This document shows positions 9,755 through 19,826 of a stretch of 64,000 nt of DNA, piece after piece. Under the pieces are notes generated by a model. It saw only the letters and a list, made by a program, of their open reading frames with translations, ran no database searches and was not told where the DNA came from. Each line of letters starts with the position of its first letter. Position 1 is the stretch's first letter. Position numbers and translations under genes: made by a program. Source of the DNA: an uncultured Clostridia bacterium (GTDB lineage: Bacteria; Bacillota; Clostridia; Christensenellales; UBA3700); the NCBI GenBank assembly GCA_937880755.1, contig CALGRX010000017.1, positions 154,737 through 218,736 of the forward strand, given 5' to 3'.

Positions 9755-10525
9755 CTAGTCAAAAAGCGAGTCGACGTAAGGCGTCAGCAAACTTGTGATG
9801 AGCTCGTACGACTCACTCGTCATATGCAGTCCGTCGAAGGTGAATCTATCTTGCAGTTGTTTGTTGTCTCCCACGAGGTGCGAGTATGTGTCTATGAGTT
9901 CCACTTGATAAATAGCGCAGATTTGCTTAATATATTCGTTGAGCAAAATCACGTTGTCGTCGGTGAGATGTTCGCCTACCAAATCTTTGCCGGCGAGTTT
10001 GACGGAACGGTTGACGGGGTAGACGGTTTGCATAAAGATTTTGGTATCGGGCAATTTTTCTCTGACAATGTGCAAAATCTTGGTAATATTTACGGCAATA
10101 TCCTCGGGAGAAGAACCGTGTCTGAGGTCATTGCAACCGCCCAAAAGGAATATGCCTTTTGGCTTGATATTGAGCACGTTGGACTCGAGCCTAACGAGCA
10201 TTCTGTCTGTGGTGTCGCCCGAAATGCCTCTATTGTAGATGTTAGCTTGAGGAAAATAATAGTCTAAGTCGTACATCTCGGTGATAGAATCGCCCAAAAA
10301 CACAATTTGCCCAATCTCCGCACTTTGATTGAGATATGCGTATCTCTTTGCCTTGGCGTCTTTGATAAAGTCTTTGCTAAACATAGCGTTGCCGTAAATG
10401 TTGTAGGATATTGCAAAGATAGAAATGCACGCCATGAGAACGACTATAACAAGCAAAATCGCCACAATAGTGATATTGCGTGCGGTAAATATGTTGTGTT
10501 GTGGTCTTGGATGGCGTCGTTTCAT
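9755..10525 (-). CDS. SGNH/GDSL-family hydrolase with an N-terminal membrane anchor
   Basis: 256 aa. N-terminal TM helix, block I FLGDSITE, GGCND block and C-terminal DGLHMT (catalytic Asp/His region). Confidence 0.8.
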   Translation of the reverse strand: MKRRHPRPQHNIFTARNITIVAILLVIVVLMACISIFAISYNIYGNAMFSKDFIKDAKAKRYAYLNQSAEIGQIVFLGDSITEMYDLDYYFPQANIYNRGISGDTTDRMLVRLESNVLNIKPKGIFLLGGCNDLRHGSSPEDIAVNITKILHIVREKLPDTKIFMQTVYPVNRSVKLAGKDLVGEHLTDDNVILLNEYIKQICAIYQVELIDTYSHLVGDNKQLQDRFTFDGLHMTSESYELITSLLTPYVDSLFD

Positions 10526-10751
10526 AATATTATTATATAACTAAATGAAAGAATATGCAACAGTAGAACGAGTGCTTTTTGAACAACAAAGGCTTTTTGC
10601 ATATTTTCAAAAAATAGAAAACATTTTTTTGGGCAAAACTGCCTATAAAACAGCAAAATCAAAGAAAAAGATTTGATATATCATATCTTAACCGCTAGTC
10701 TACAATATTAATTGGCAAAAACGAAAAACTATGTTATAATAAAAAAGATTT

Positions 10752-12125
10752 ATGGAATCGAAGTATAGTATACTCAACAATCTAAAATCCAAAAAGTTCC
10801 GATTGACCAACGTTCAGGTCATAGTTCTCGGGTACTTTTTGGTAATAATGTTCGGTACTTTTTTGTTATCTTTGCCATTTGCCTCCAAGTCTAGGCAATG
10901 GACGGGCTTTTTTACTTCGCTATTTACCGCAACTTCCGCCACGTGCGTTACGGGATTGGTGCTCGTAGACACGTTTAGCCATTGGTCGCTGTTTGGACAA
11001 ATGGTGATTATGTGTATGATACAGCTAGGCGGAGTAGGCTTTATGACGATGGTTTCGTTGGTGTCGGTAGTGGTTAGACGACAGTTGGGGTTGTACCAAA
11101 AGACGATATTCCAAAAGTCTATGGGCTCGGCGAGGTTTTCGGTGCTTAGCAAGCTACTCAATAGAGTATTGATATGCACGGCGTGTTTCGAGGGCGTGGG
11201 CACTTTGTTGCTTTGCACTAGATTTATCCCTAAGATGGGCTTTTGGCAAGGGTTATTCAACGCCATGTTCCACTCTATCTCGGCGTTTTGCAACGCGGGC
11301 TTCGACTTGATGGGCAAGTACGGCGCTTATAGCTCGATGACCGCCTTTTCGGGCGACATAGTAGTCAACTTGACTCTAATGGCGCTGATATTTGCGGGTG
11401 GATTGGGCTTCTTGTTGTGGAGCGACGTGTACGACAAGAAGATGAAATTGAGCAAGACGAGTCTGCAGACCCAAATGGTGCTTGCCGTTACTCCGATACT
11501 CATAGTGTTGCCTGCATTGTTGATTTTTATTGTAGAGCGCGACAACGCCTTTGCGGGAATGACGGTTGGCGAAGCATTGCTGGCATCACTCTTTCAGTCG
11601 GTTACTTCTAGGACGGCGGGCTTCAATTCTATTGACTTGTCGGGCTTAAGCAACTCAAGCATAGTGTTGACGATAGTGCTGATGATGGTGGGAGGCAACG
11701 TTGGCTCGACTGCGGGCGGTATCAAGATTACCACCGTCATCATAGTATTTTTGGGTGTATTGTCCACGATTAGGGACAAAGAAAACGTGGACGTAGGCAA
11801 GAGAAGATTTTCGGACAAGCTTGTTAGACAAGCCAACGCGATATTTATATTTTATTTGTCAATTATCGTCGTCGCTTCTCTGCTAATAGCCATAATGGAC
11901 AAAGATATTCCCGTACAAGCGGTGGTATTCGAGGTGGTATCGGCGATAGGTACGGTAGGCTTGAGCTTGGCGGGAACGGCAGATTTTTCTTTGGCAAGTA
12001 AATGTATTTTGTTATTGTTGATGTTTATGGGTCGTGTGGGCGCAATATCATTGCTGTCCGCCTTTATGGAAACGAGGCAAAAACCGCCTATCAAGCGACC
12101 AATAGAAGAAATTATGATAGGATAA
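10752..12125 (+). CDS. ktrB: Potassium uptake protein, TrkH/KtrB-family membrane subunit
   Basis: 457 aa polytopic membrane protein with repeated pore-loop GxG segments (TATCVTGL, CNAGFD, SRTAGFN, GTVGLS). Followed by the ktrA-type gene. Confidence 0.85.
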   Translation: MESKYSILNNLKSKKFRLTNVQVIVLGYFLVIMFGTFLLSLPFASKSRQWTGFFTSLFTATSATCVTGLVLVDTFSHWSLFGQMVIMCMIQLGGVGFMTMVSLVSVVVRRQLGLYQKTIFQKSMGSARFSVLSKLLNRVLICTACFEGVGTLLLCTRFIPKMGFWQGLFNAMFHSISAFCNAGFDLMGKYGAYSSMTAFSGDIVVNLTLMALIFAGGLGFLLWSDVYDKKMKLSKTSLQTQMVLAVTPILIVLPALLIFIVERDNAFAGMTVGEALLASLFQSVTSRTAGFNSIDLSGLSNSSIVLTIVLMMVGGNVGSTAGGIKITTVIIVFLGVLSTIRDKENVDVGKRRFSDKLVRQANAIFIFYLSIIVVASLLIAIMDKDIPVQAVVFEVVSAIGTVGLSLAGTADFSLASKCILLLLMFMGRVGAISLLSAFMETRQKPPIKRPIEEIMIG

Positions 12126-12135
12126 GGAGAATAAT

Positions 12136-12783
12136 ATGAAATCGGTATTGATTATAGGAATGGGAAGATTTGGCAAGACGCTTGCTTACAAAATGGCTGA
12201 ACTTGGCAACGAGGTGATGATTGTTGACAAGGACGAAGAAATTGTCAATCAACTTGCACCTGATTTTATCAACGCGATGATAGGCGACTGCACCAACGAA
12301 TCGGTAGTGAGAAATCTTAGCGTGAGCAACTTCGATGTATGTTTCGTAGCAATTGGCGACAACTTCCAAGCCTCTTTGGAAATCACGTCCTTGCTCAAAG
12401 AATTGGGTGCGCAATACGTAGTATCCAAAGCCGATAGAGATATGCAAGCCAAGTTTTTGGAACGCAACGGCGCCGACGAGGTGGTATATCCTGAGCATGA
12501 TATTGCCGAAAAGCTTGCCATAAGGCACAATGCAAAAAATATCTTCGACTACGTTGAGATTACCAACGACTATGCGATATATGAGTTGGCGGTCGTCAAA
12601 GAATGGGTGGGCAAGAGCCTAAAAGAACTCAACATTCGTCACAACTACGGCGTCAATATTATGGCGCTCAAGCAAGGCGGAAGCATAGAGATACCTTCGG
12701 CGGAAACAGTCTTTGAAGAAAACGACCATATCTTCGTCATAGGTAAGCAAAAGGACGTATTCAAGCTATCCAACAAGACCTGA
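12136..12783 (+). CDS. ktrA: Potassium uptake protein, TrkA/KtrA-family NAD-binding (RCK) subunit
   Basis: 215 aa. N-terminal Rossmann GxGxxG (IIGMGRFG) and an RCK_C-like C-terminus. Starts 11 nt after ktrB. Confidence 0.85.
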   Translation: MKSVLIIGMGRFGKTLAYKMAELGNEVMIVDKDEEIVNQLAPDFINAMIGDCTNESVVRNLSVSNFDVCFVAIGDNFQASLEITSLLKELGAQYVVSKADRDMQAKFLERNGADEVVYPEHDIAEKLAIRHNAKNIFDYVEITNDYAIYELAVVKEWVGKSLKELNIRHNYGVNIMALKQGGSIEIPSAETVFEENDHIFVIGKQKDVFKLSNKT

Positions 12784-12814
12784 CGCTACGATATATTTTT
12801 GTTTTTACAATCAT

Positions 12815-12846
12815 TCACGAAGCCCCGTGCTTCGTGATATTTTTTT
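12815..12846 (+). terminator. Intrinsic terminator after ktrA
   Basis: TCACGAAGC-CCCGT-GCTTCGTGA hairpin followed by TATTTTTTT. Confidence 0.8.
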
Positions 12847-12965
12847 GCACCTGTATTGAGTTTTGAGTCTTTTGGAATAGTATGAACTATACAATTTATC
12901 AATTATTTTATTCTATATCCACTGAATAAAACTTGTAAGCATGGACATAATCAAACGGGGGGATT

Positions 12966-13214
12966 ATGAGACAAGTCAAAAAAAGTATAGATTTTATCAA
13001 AAGAGCCGTTGCTCAGCTCAAAGGCAAAGAATTATCCTTCGTGGTCAACAAGGGTAGAAACAAATTCGTTGCCTTTGACGGTAAGGTGGTGGACGCATAC
13101 GACTCGGTATTTACCATAGTATCAACCGACAACTTCGGTAACGAACTTTTTACTTTTTCTTACAACGACGTGGCGTGCAAAACGATAAGAATTTTGCCTC
13201 CTAAGTCAAATTGA
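12966..13214 (+). CDS. veg: Veg-family small protein (DUF1021)
   Basis: 82 aa. The pattern LKGKELSF..NKGRNKF..FDGKVVDAYDSVFTI...FSYNDV resembles B. subtilis Veg. It sits in the conserved position upstream of ispE. Confidence 0.7.
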   Translation: MRQVKKSIDFIKRAVAQLKGKELSFVVNKGRNKFVAFDGKVVDAYDSVFTIVSTDNFGNELFTFSYNDVACKTIRILPPKSN

Positions 13215-13271
13215 TGTCATAAAGCACGGCAAAGCCAGATATATTGTACTAACAAAAAACAAGAGGTGCCT

Positions 13272-14771
13272 ATGTCTATCAATGCCGTATATCAACCAAT
13301 ATCAATCGACTACGAAAAGAGCTGTCAACCCAAGCAAATACTGTTGGGTTGCAATATGGATACGTCGTCCAAGGGCGGAGTATCCAAAGTGTTTTTTGTC
13401 AAAAGTAGCGCGCATATAACCAAGGTCGTCCCAATGACGGGGCAGGTCAAAATAAGCGGCTTCGTCAACATTAAGGTGGTATATCTCAATACCGACAAAC
13501 AATGCGAAAGCTTTGACTATATCACCGATTTCGTCGAGGATATCGGCTGTGAGGCTTTGACCGAAGATATGCAAGTGCGCGTCAGTGCAAAGGTCGTGGA
13601 CAGCGAATACCAAATAGGCGGCGACCAAATAAAAATTCAAGTGGTAGTCGAACTTCGCCCTATATTCGTGGAGAGCCAAACTCAACAATACGTAGTAAGT
13701 GCCGAAGGAGCGCTAATCAAGGATAGCCAATCGTGCAACCAAACTTTCGTAGACTACGTAGATAGAGAGATTGAGGTTGTAGAAGAGTACGACAGCGGAA
13801 TGAACGTAGAAAAGATACTCTTTTTCGACGTGACCGCATGCGTAGACGACGTATCTACTGCAGGCGATATAGTGTCAGTCAAAGGTAGAACCGACGTAGA
13901 AATTATATATCTTGCCGAAGGCAAAATAATCGAAAAGGCTATGGAACTTCCTTTTGAAGAAGAGTGGCGCGAAAAGACGAGCGACTTGGTTGCCAAGGTG
14001 CAAGCCTCTGTCAAAAACAGTAAGCTGGTGTTGCAAGGAACCGAGGACAGTGCCGTGATGAGAGTAGAAGCTCTATGCAAACTTGGCGGTGTGATGATGA
14101 GTGAAAACTGTCTGGAAACGGTAGAAGATATGTTCTGCCCCCAAGAGGAACTAGACTGCAAATACTCGGTATGCGAGTACGACCGTCAAGCTCAACCGTT
14201 GCATTGCCATATAGAGGTAACGGGTAGCGAGACTATCGACGACATCTCGGCAGACGTCAAACAAGTGCTTGCGGCACACGCAGTAAATTGCAGTATTGCC
14301 GACGTCAGCGGTAAGGACGAGATGATGATAAGCGGAATGGCGGAAGTGGCGATAGTTTATCTGGACGAAAACGACGAGGTTGACTGCAAAAACATTGAGA
14401 TACCTTTCGTAGAAAAGTGCCAATACGGTTTAGGAAACGACAAACTCACGGAATGCAATCCTTACGTCAAAGACGTAACCGTCAAAGTCAAGAGGGATAG
14501 AGAGTTTGAGGTAAATCTCGATATCGACGTGGCTATGGATATTGCCGAGAGGACGGTGGTCAAGGGTATATCCGAAGTGGTAGAAGGCGAAGCTCGCCAA
14601 GTGGATAGAGTGGCGATAAGCATTTACACGCCTAAGCAAGGCGAATCTTTGTGGGACGTTGCCAAACAACTTGCCGTCAGCGACAAAGAAATAATCGCTC
14701 AAAACCCGGGAGTTGGTGACGTAATGACGGGGGCGGAAAAATTGGTGGTTTACAGAGAACTCAAAGTATGA
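13272..14771 (+). CDS. DUF3794 (SPOCS)-type repeat protein with a C-terminal LysM domain
   Basis: About 499 aa, acidic, with repeated beta-rich modules. The C-terminus (IYTPKQGESLWDVAKQLAVSDKEIIAQNPGV) is LysM-like. The ATG at 13272 follows AAGAGG; the ORF track starts at the GTG at 13266. Confidence 0.6.
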   Translation: MSINAVYQPISIDYEKSCQPKQILLGCNMDTSSKGGVSKVFFVKSSAHITKVVPMTGQVKISGFVNIKVVYLNTDKQCESFDYITDFVEDIGCEALTEDMQVRVSAKVVDSEYQIGGDQIKIQVVVELRPIFVESQTQQYVVSAEGALIKDSQSCNQTFVDYVDREIEVVEEYDSGMNVEKILFFDVTACVDDVSTAGDIVSVKGRTDVEIIYLAEGKIIEKAMELPFEEEWREKTSDLVAKVQASVKNSKLVLQGTEDSAVMRVEALCKLGGVMMSENCLETVEDMFCPQEELDCKYSVCEYDRQAQPLHCHIEVTGSETIDDISADVKQVLAAHAVNCSIADVSGKDEMMISGMAEVAIVYLDENDEVDCKNIEIPFVEKCQYGLGNDKLTECNPYVKDVTVKVKRDREFEVNLDIDVAMDIAERTVVKGISEVVEGEARQVDRVAISIYTPKQGESLWDVAKQLAVSDKEIIAQNPGVGDVMTGAEKLVVYRELKV

Positions 14772-14783
14772 TATAATATCCGT

Positions 14784-15608
14784 ATGGATACTATCAAAAT
14801 CAAAGTATTTGCCAAAGTAAATCTTGCTCTTGACGTCAAGGGCAGTTATCCCGACGGCTATCATAGGCTTGATATGCTGATGGCTTCCGTCGATATGTAC
14901 GACACCTTGTGCCTGACTGTAAGCGACCAAAACCTTGTGACTATGGACGGCGTAATCGTGGGAGAAGAGAATACCGCCGTGAGAGCGTTGGAGAGCCTAA
15001 CCAAAGCCTATGGCGTGCACATGAGGGTGGATATTCTCAAGGATATTCCTCTCAATGCGGGGTTAGGCGGTTCTTCCGCCGATGCCGCAGGCGTGTTTGT
15101 CGGGGCGTCTAAGCTGTTTGGCATAGATATTGCCAAGACGTACGGACTTGCCCAAAAGATTGGCAGTGACGTGCCGTATATGATGAGGGGCGGTTTTTGC
15201 CGAGTTAGCGGAAGGGGAGAAATCGTCGAGCCTATAGATATGGATGATATGAACTTGGTGATTTTGCAAGCCGAGTACGGCGCACCTACCGCCAAGGTAT
15301 ACGAGGAGTACGATAAGCGTACAATACCGCCTAGCGACGTAGACCAAGCTATTGCGAACATAAGGTCGACGGGTAGAGGGTTTTTTAACAAACTACAAGA
15401 CGCGGCTATTAGGCTTTGCCCGTCTATAGAATATTCTATAGGTGCACTCAAACTCTATACCGATAGAGCCTTTATGACGGGCAGCGGCAGCGCGGTAGTC
15501 GGCGTCTTTGACGACGAAATGCAAGCTAGATGGTGCGAACTCAACTTTGGAGGCTATCTTTGCGCCAAGGCTCTCAAAACCAAAAAAGTCGGCTACGAAA
15601 TCCTCTAA
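14784..15608 (+). CDS. ispE: 4-diphosphocytidyl-2-C-methyl-D-erythritol kinase
   Basis: 274 aa. N-terminal KVNLALDV and the GHMP-kinase motif PLNAGLGGSSADAA. Confidence 0.85.
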   Translation: MDTIKIKVFAKVNLALDVKGSYPDGYHRLDMLMASVDMYDTLCLTVSDQNLVTMDGVIVGEENTAVRALESLTKAYGVHMRVDILKDIPLNAGLGGSSADAAGVFVGASKLFGIDIAKTYGLAQKIGSDVPYMMRGGFCRVSGRGEIVEPIDMDDMNLVILQAEYGAPTAKVYEEYDKRTIPPSDVDQAIANIRSTGRGFFNKLQDAAIRLCPSIEYSIGALKLYTDRAFMTGSGSAVVGVFDDEMQARWCELNFGGYLCAKALKTKKVGYEIL

Positions 15609-15735
15609 AAATCGATACGTATCGACAAAAATCAAAATTATGTTACAAAAATAGAATACGCCTTAGTTGGCGTATTTTTTTGTGTGGCGTTATAATTTAT
15701 TCAGCGCGGTCAATACTTCTCATCGAGAGGTGAGT

Positions 15736-16266
15736 ATGAAAAAATTGATCACGTGTTTAGTTTTGGTTGCCGTGGTGATAACGGCGGTCGTGGCTTGTTC
15801 GGCGGATAGAGAAACGCAAAGAGCCGATTATCTAAGGATACATATTCGTGCCGACAGCAACGATGATATTGACCAAGCAATTAAGTATAGAGTCAAAGAC
15901 GATATAGTGGAATATCTTACGCCGTTATTAGCGGGAGTCTGCGACAAAAAAGAAGCGATGAGCATAGTTGCTAACAATCTAGACGGCATCAAAAAAGTCG
16001 CGGACGCGTCTTTGCTAAGTCAAGGTGCGCATTACGTTAGTAGAGTAAAGTTGACGGAAGAAGCCTTCCCGACGCGCGCCTATGGGGAGTTGACTCTAGA
16101 GAGCGGAGTGTACGACGCCTTGATAGTGGAACTCGGCTCCGGTAAGGGTGACAATTGGTGGTGCGTCGTTTTCCCGCCATTGTGTTTCGTTGCGGGTAGC
16201 GGAAAGCCTCAATACAAATCGCTCGTTGTCGACGGGATAAAAAAACTCAAAGGTTGGTTAAGTTAG
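15736..16266 (+). CDS. spoIIR: Stage II sporulation protein R
   Basis: Signal/lipoprotein-like N-terminus (MKKLITCLVLVAVVITAVVACSA), LRIHIRADSNDDIDQAIKYRVKD, and C-terminal DNWWCVVFPPLCF. The ATG at 15736 is preferred over the track start at 15667. Confidence 0.8.
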   Translation: MKKLITCLVLVAVVITAVVACSADRETQRADYLRIHIRADSNDDIDQAIKYRVKDDIVEYLTPLLAGVCDKKEAMSIVANNLDGIKKVADASLLSQGAHYVSRVKLTEEAFPTRAYGELTLESGVYDALIVELGSGKGDNWWCVVFPPLCFVAGSGKPQYKSLVVDGIKKLKGWLS

Positions 16267-16965
16267 GTGAAAAATCAAGTAATGGTGATGAGAATAGTAA
16301 GCATAGTCTTACTAGTCGTGGTGGTAGTTATGGCGGCGCTTCTATGTCGCAGCTTTGAGGGTGAAGAGGTAGATACTTTTGCACTCAAACAAGGCTCGAG
16401 CGGACAACAAGTGCGTCAAATTCAGTCCAAGTTGTCGGCTTGGGGTTACTATAGTGGCGAAGTGGACGGAATTTACGGTTCTAAGACCACCGAAGCAGTC
16501 AAAAATTTTCAACGAGTCAACGGATTGAAGGTCGACGGAATAGTGGGAGAGGAGACGGCGACAAAGATTGGCATTGCGCTTACGCAATCGTCGTCTACCA
16601 ACAGTAGTTACAATTCTCAAGACGTGTATCTGCTCGCAAAATGCGTATATGCCGAGTCGAGAGGCGAGCCTTATACGGGGCAAGTTGCCGTAGCCGCCGT
16701 GGTGCTAAATAGAGTGCGTAGCAGTAGCTTCCCCAACACTATTGCGGGAGTAATTTATCAACCGTACGCCTTTACGGCGGTGGCTGACGGTCAAATCAAT
16801 CTCGAGCCTAACCAAACGGCTTACAATGCGGTGCGAGACGCGATGAACGGTTGGGACCCGACCAACGGTTGTCTGTACTATTTCAATCCGGCAACGGCAA
16901 CGTCGTCTTGGATATGGACCAGAGAGGTCAAATTGACGATAGGCAAACACAGGTTTGCGGTATAG
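16267..16965 (+). CDS. sleB: Spore cortex-lytic enzyme (SleB/CwlJ-type cell-wall hydrolase) with a PG-binding domain
   Basis: 232 aa. PG_binding_1 (GQQVRQIQSKLSAWGYYSGEVDGIYGSKTTEAVKNFQ) plus Hydrolase_2 (CVYAESRGEPYTGQVAVAAVVLNRV...YQPYAFTAV). Followed by ypeB. Confidence 0.8.
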   Translation: MKNQVMVMRIVSIVLLVVVVVMAALLCRSFEGEEVDTFALKQGSSGQQVRQIQSKLSAWGYYSGEVDGIYGSKTTEAVKNFQRVNGLKVDGIVGEETATKIGIALTQSSSTNSSYNSQDVYLLAKCVYAESRGEPYTGQVAVAAVVLNRVRSSSFPNTIAGVIYQPYAFTAVADGQINLEPNQTAYNAVRDAMNGWDPTNGCLYYFNPATATSSWIWTREVKLTIGKHRFAV

Positions 16966-18337
16966 GTGGTATATGGAAAGAGACGAAAAAGGTAGAATAA
17001 TAATCAACAAGCCCGTGATGATAGCAATAATAACCGCAAGCGTGATTTTGATAGCCACGATTGCAACGCTGTCGGTATTTTTGGGCTTGTCAAACAGCCA
17101 AAATCAAAAGTGGTTAAAGCAGTCCAACGGGCAATATCAGCAGGCATACTACGATTTGGTGGACGAGTTTTTGACCATAGAAACCAACCTCTCCAAATTG
17201 AGAGTCGTTGGTTCGGAGGGGTTGCAACAACAACTCTTGCTAGACACGGCGATGTCGGCGCAGTCGGCAGTGTGCGACCTAACGACGATATCTTCGTCGG
17301 AACAAGACCTAAGCGAATTGATAAAATACTGCAATCAAGTGGGCGACTATTGTCAATACGCTTTCAAAAAGATATGCAACGGCTCAACCCTTAGCGACCA
17401 AGAGCAAGCTACGCTCGGACAGTTGTACGATATGACTTACAGTATATCCAAGGGGCTTACGTCCATCAGCGCTTCGCTTTCGTCAAAGGGCGACTTCGTG
17501 TTGGGACTAGGCAAGGTCAACGACGGCTTTTCCGATATGTTGCTGCAATTCAACAACGGCTCCTTCAAATATCCGTCACTCATCTACGACGGAGCGTTTA
17601 GCGATTCGCTGGTGGACAAAACGCCTAAGATGATCGTCGGTGACGATATAGATCCCAACCAAGCAAGGGCGTATATAGTCAAAGCGCTTAGCGGATATGA
17701 ATTGTCCGACTATACCTTCGCCTACCAAAACGACAACAAGTTTTCGACGTATTTCTACGACTTCAAGACCAAGTCGGGCGAGACAGGCACGATAGAGATT
17801 GCCAAGCAAGGCGGTATGACGATAATGTGGAATATCAATTCTGCCGTAGACAATCCCGTTATGTCCAAAGAGCAGGGCGTCAAAGTAGCGGAAAAGTATT
17901 GCCAAGATATCGGGCTAGACAATATGCAAGCGGTATGGGCGTGCGTTAGCAACAGTATGCTGTACGTCAATATGTGTTGGCAAAAGGACGGCGTCATCTG
18001 CTATCCCGATATGGTCAAAATCAAAGTGTCGCTAGAGAGTGGCAAGGTGGTGGGCTACGAAGCTCTCAACTATTGCTACAATCACGATGAAGAGCGCACG
18101 ATAGAGGAGGCGGGCGTGTCTATGGCGACGGTGCAAGGATACGACTATCGCAGTCTGCAAGTGCAAAGCATAAGACTTGCGCTGATACCTACCGACGGTG
18201 GGGGAGAAAAGTTGACCTACGAAGTGTACGGCAAGCTCGACAAGTTTGACTTTTACGTTTATCTCGACGCTTTGGACGGCAAGCAAATCAAAATTTTGCA
18301 GGTTATCGACAGCGACGAGGGTGAATTGTTGATGTGA
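16955..18337 (+). CDS. ypeB: Germination protein YpeB (PepSY-domain)
   Basis: 460 aa with an N-terminal TM anchor and C-terminal PepSY-like repeats. Conserved sleB-ypeB pairing. The start is uncertain (16955 or the ATG at 16973). Confidence 0.75.
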   Translation: MRYRWYMERDEKGRIIINKPVMIAIITASVILIATIATLSVFLGLSNSQNQKWLKQSNGQYQQAYYDLVDEFLTIETNLSKLRVVGSEGLQQQLLLDTAMSAQSAVCDLTTISSSEQDLSELIKYCNQVGDYCQYAFKKICNGSTLSDQEQATLGQLYDMTYSISKGLTSISASLSSKGDFVLGLGKVNDGFSDMLLQFNNGSFKYPSLIYDGAFSDSLVDKTPKMIVGDDIDPNQARAYIVKALSGYELSDYTFAYQNDNKFSTYFYDFKTKSGETGTIEIAKQGGMTIMWNINSAVDNPVMSKEQGVKVAEKYCQDIGLDNMQAVWACVSNSMLYVNMCWQKDGVICYPDMVKIKVSLESGKVVGYEALNYCYNHDEERTIEEAGVSMATVQGYDYRSLQVQSIRLALIPTDGGGEKLTYEVYGKLDKFDFYVYLDALDGKQIKILQVIDSDEGELLM

Positions 18338-18340
18338 GTG

Positions 18341-18378
18341 TATACGGCAAGCGAAAAGCTTGCCGTATATTGAGATTT
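18341..18378 (+). terminator. Intrinsic terminator after ypeB
   Basis: TATACGGCAAGC-GAAAA-GCTTGCCGTATA 12-bp stem. The downstream T-tract is weak. Confidence 0.65.
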
Positions 18379-18440
18379 AATCGCGAAAAAAAGGCATTTT
18401 TTATACTTTGCAAAAATATATTTTTACAAGACGAAAACCC

Positions 18441-18469
18441 TTGATATATTTATTCAAAGATGCTACAAT
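18441..18469 (+). promoter_or_regulatory. Promoter of prs (followed by a ~145-nt leader)
   Basis: TTGATA (18441-18446), a 17-nt spacer and TACAAT (18464-18469). Confidence 0.6.
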
Positions 18470-18621
18470 ATAACCATAAAAAGTCTCAGAGGATTTATGA
18501 TTTCTTACGGCGACAGCGTCAATATTCATTTATCTAAGACAAGCGAATACGTTTGTCAGTCTTTTGTTTTGCAACCTTTTTTTGATACTACAACTAAGTT
18601 AAATATATTACGGAGGCACAA

Positions 18622-19824
18622 ATGAAACCTTTTTTTGAGTCAGTTTTTAACTTTGACAAAGAGGTATCCAACATGGCTATTATTGCGCTGGACGGCGCAA
18701 AAGAATTGGGGGCGAAGGTTGACTATTATCTAGTCAACCTCTACAACAACGATATCAAAAAGTATCACAAAAACGTCCCTGAAAAAAAGACCTTCTTGCT
18801 CAACAACGTATGTCCTAGATTTACTACGGGCGACGGCAAGGGTATGATCAACGATACCGTAAGAGGTAAAGATTTGTTTATTCTCGTCGACGTGGGCAAT
18901 TATTCTAAGACCTACAATATGTTTGGAGTGCTCAACAGAATGTCTCCGGACGACTATTACGCCGACCTCAAACGTATCATATCGGCAGCGGGCGGTAAGG
19001 CAAAGTCTATGACGGTAGTTATGCCAAGCCTTTACGGTGGCAGACAACATAGAAGGAACGCAAGAGAATCTCTCGATTGCGCTCAAATGCTCAGAGAATT
19101 GGAGACGATGGGCGTCAGCGGAGTCATCACTTTCGACGCGCACGACCCTCGCGTTCAAAACGCTGTTCCTCTCATGGGCTTTGACAACTTCCTTCCTACC
19201 TATCAGATTCTCAAAGCTTTGCTCAAGGCTTATCCCGAGGTCAATATCGACAAAAACAACTTTATGGTTGTCAGCCCCGACGAAGGCGCAATGGGAAGAA
19301 ACATTTACTACGCTTCGGTTTTGGGTATAGATTTAGGTATGTTCTACAAGCGTCGTGACACCTCTACGGTAGTCAACGGACGCAACCCTATCATAGCGCA
19401 CGAATATATAGGTAACGACGTAAGAGATAAGGATATCTTCGTAGCAGACGATATCATCGCAACGGGTGACAGTATGCTCAAACTTTGTACAGAACTCAAA
19501 GAGAGAGGTTGTGGCAAGATATTCCTTACGGCAACCTACGCGCTGTTTACCGAAGGCGTAGAAAAGTTTGAAAAGGCGTACAAGGACGGTTTGTTTACCG
19601 CCGTCCTCAGCACCAACCTCACCTACACGCCTGACGAAGTCAAGTCTAGGCCTTGGTTCGTACAAGCAGATTTGTCCAAGTTTATGGCGTACATAATTGC
19701 TGCCGTTGACCAAAACAAATCTTTGTCGACCTTGCTTGACCCACATGACAAAATCAAAGAACTTATCGAGAAGTTCAATCAAAATAAACCACAACAACTT
19801 ACTTTTGACGTGGACGAGGAGTAA
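18622..19824 (+). CDS. prs: Ribose-phosphate pyrophosphokinase (PRPP synthetase), long form
   Basis: 400 aa. YGGRQHRR (PRPP synthetase flexible-loop region), DAHDPRVQN, VVSPDEGAMGR, and the PRPP-binding DIFVADDIIATGDSM. GGAGG RBS before 18622. Confidence 0.8.
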   Translation: MKPFFESVFNFDKEVSNMAIIALDGAKELGAKVDYYLVNLYNNDIKKYHKNVPEKKTFLLNNVCPRFTTGDGKGMINDTVRGKDLFILVDVGNYSKTYNMFGVLNRMSPDDYYADLKRIISAAGGKAKSMTVVMPSLYGGRQHRRNARESLDCAQMLRELETMGVSGVITFDAHDPRVQNAVPLMGFDNFLPTYQILKALLKAYPEVNIDKNNFMVVSPDEGAMGRNIYYASVLGIDLGMFYKRRDTSTVVNGRNPIIAHEYIGNDVRDKDIFVADDIIATGDSMLKLCTELKERGCGKIFLTATYALFTEGVEKFEKAYKDGLFTAVLSTNLTYTPDEVKSRPWFVQADLSKFMAYIIAAVDQNKSLSTLLDPHDKIKELIEKFNQNKPQQLTFDVDEE

Positions 19825-19826
19825 TT

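Noticed and set aside
10541-10751. A c-di-AMP (ydaO-type) riboswitch upstream of ktrB.
   Set aside because: The region is very AT-rich, and I could not find the conserved ACGGGGA/CCCA-type pseudo-symmetric cores. An Rfam scan could still overturn this.
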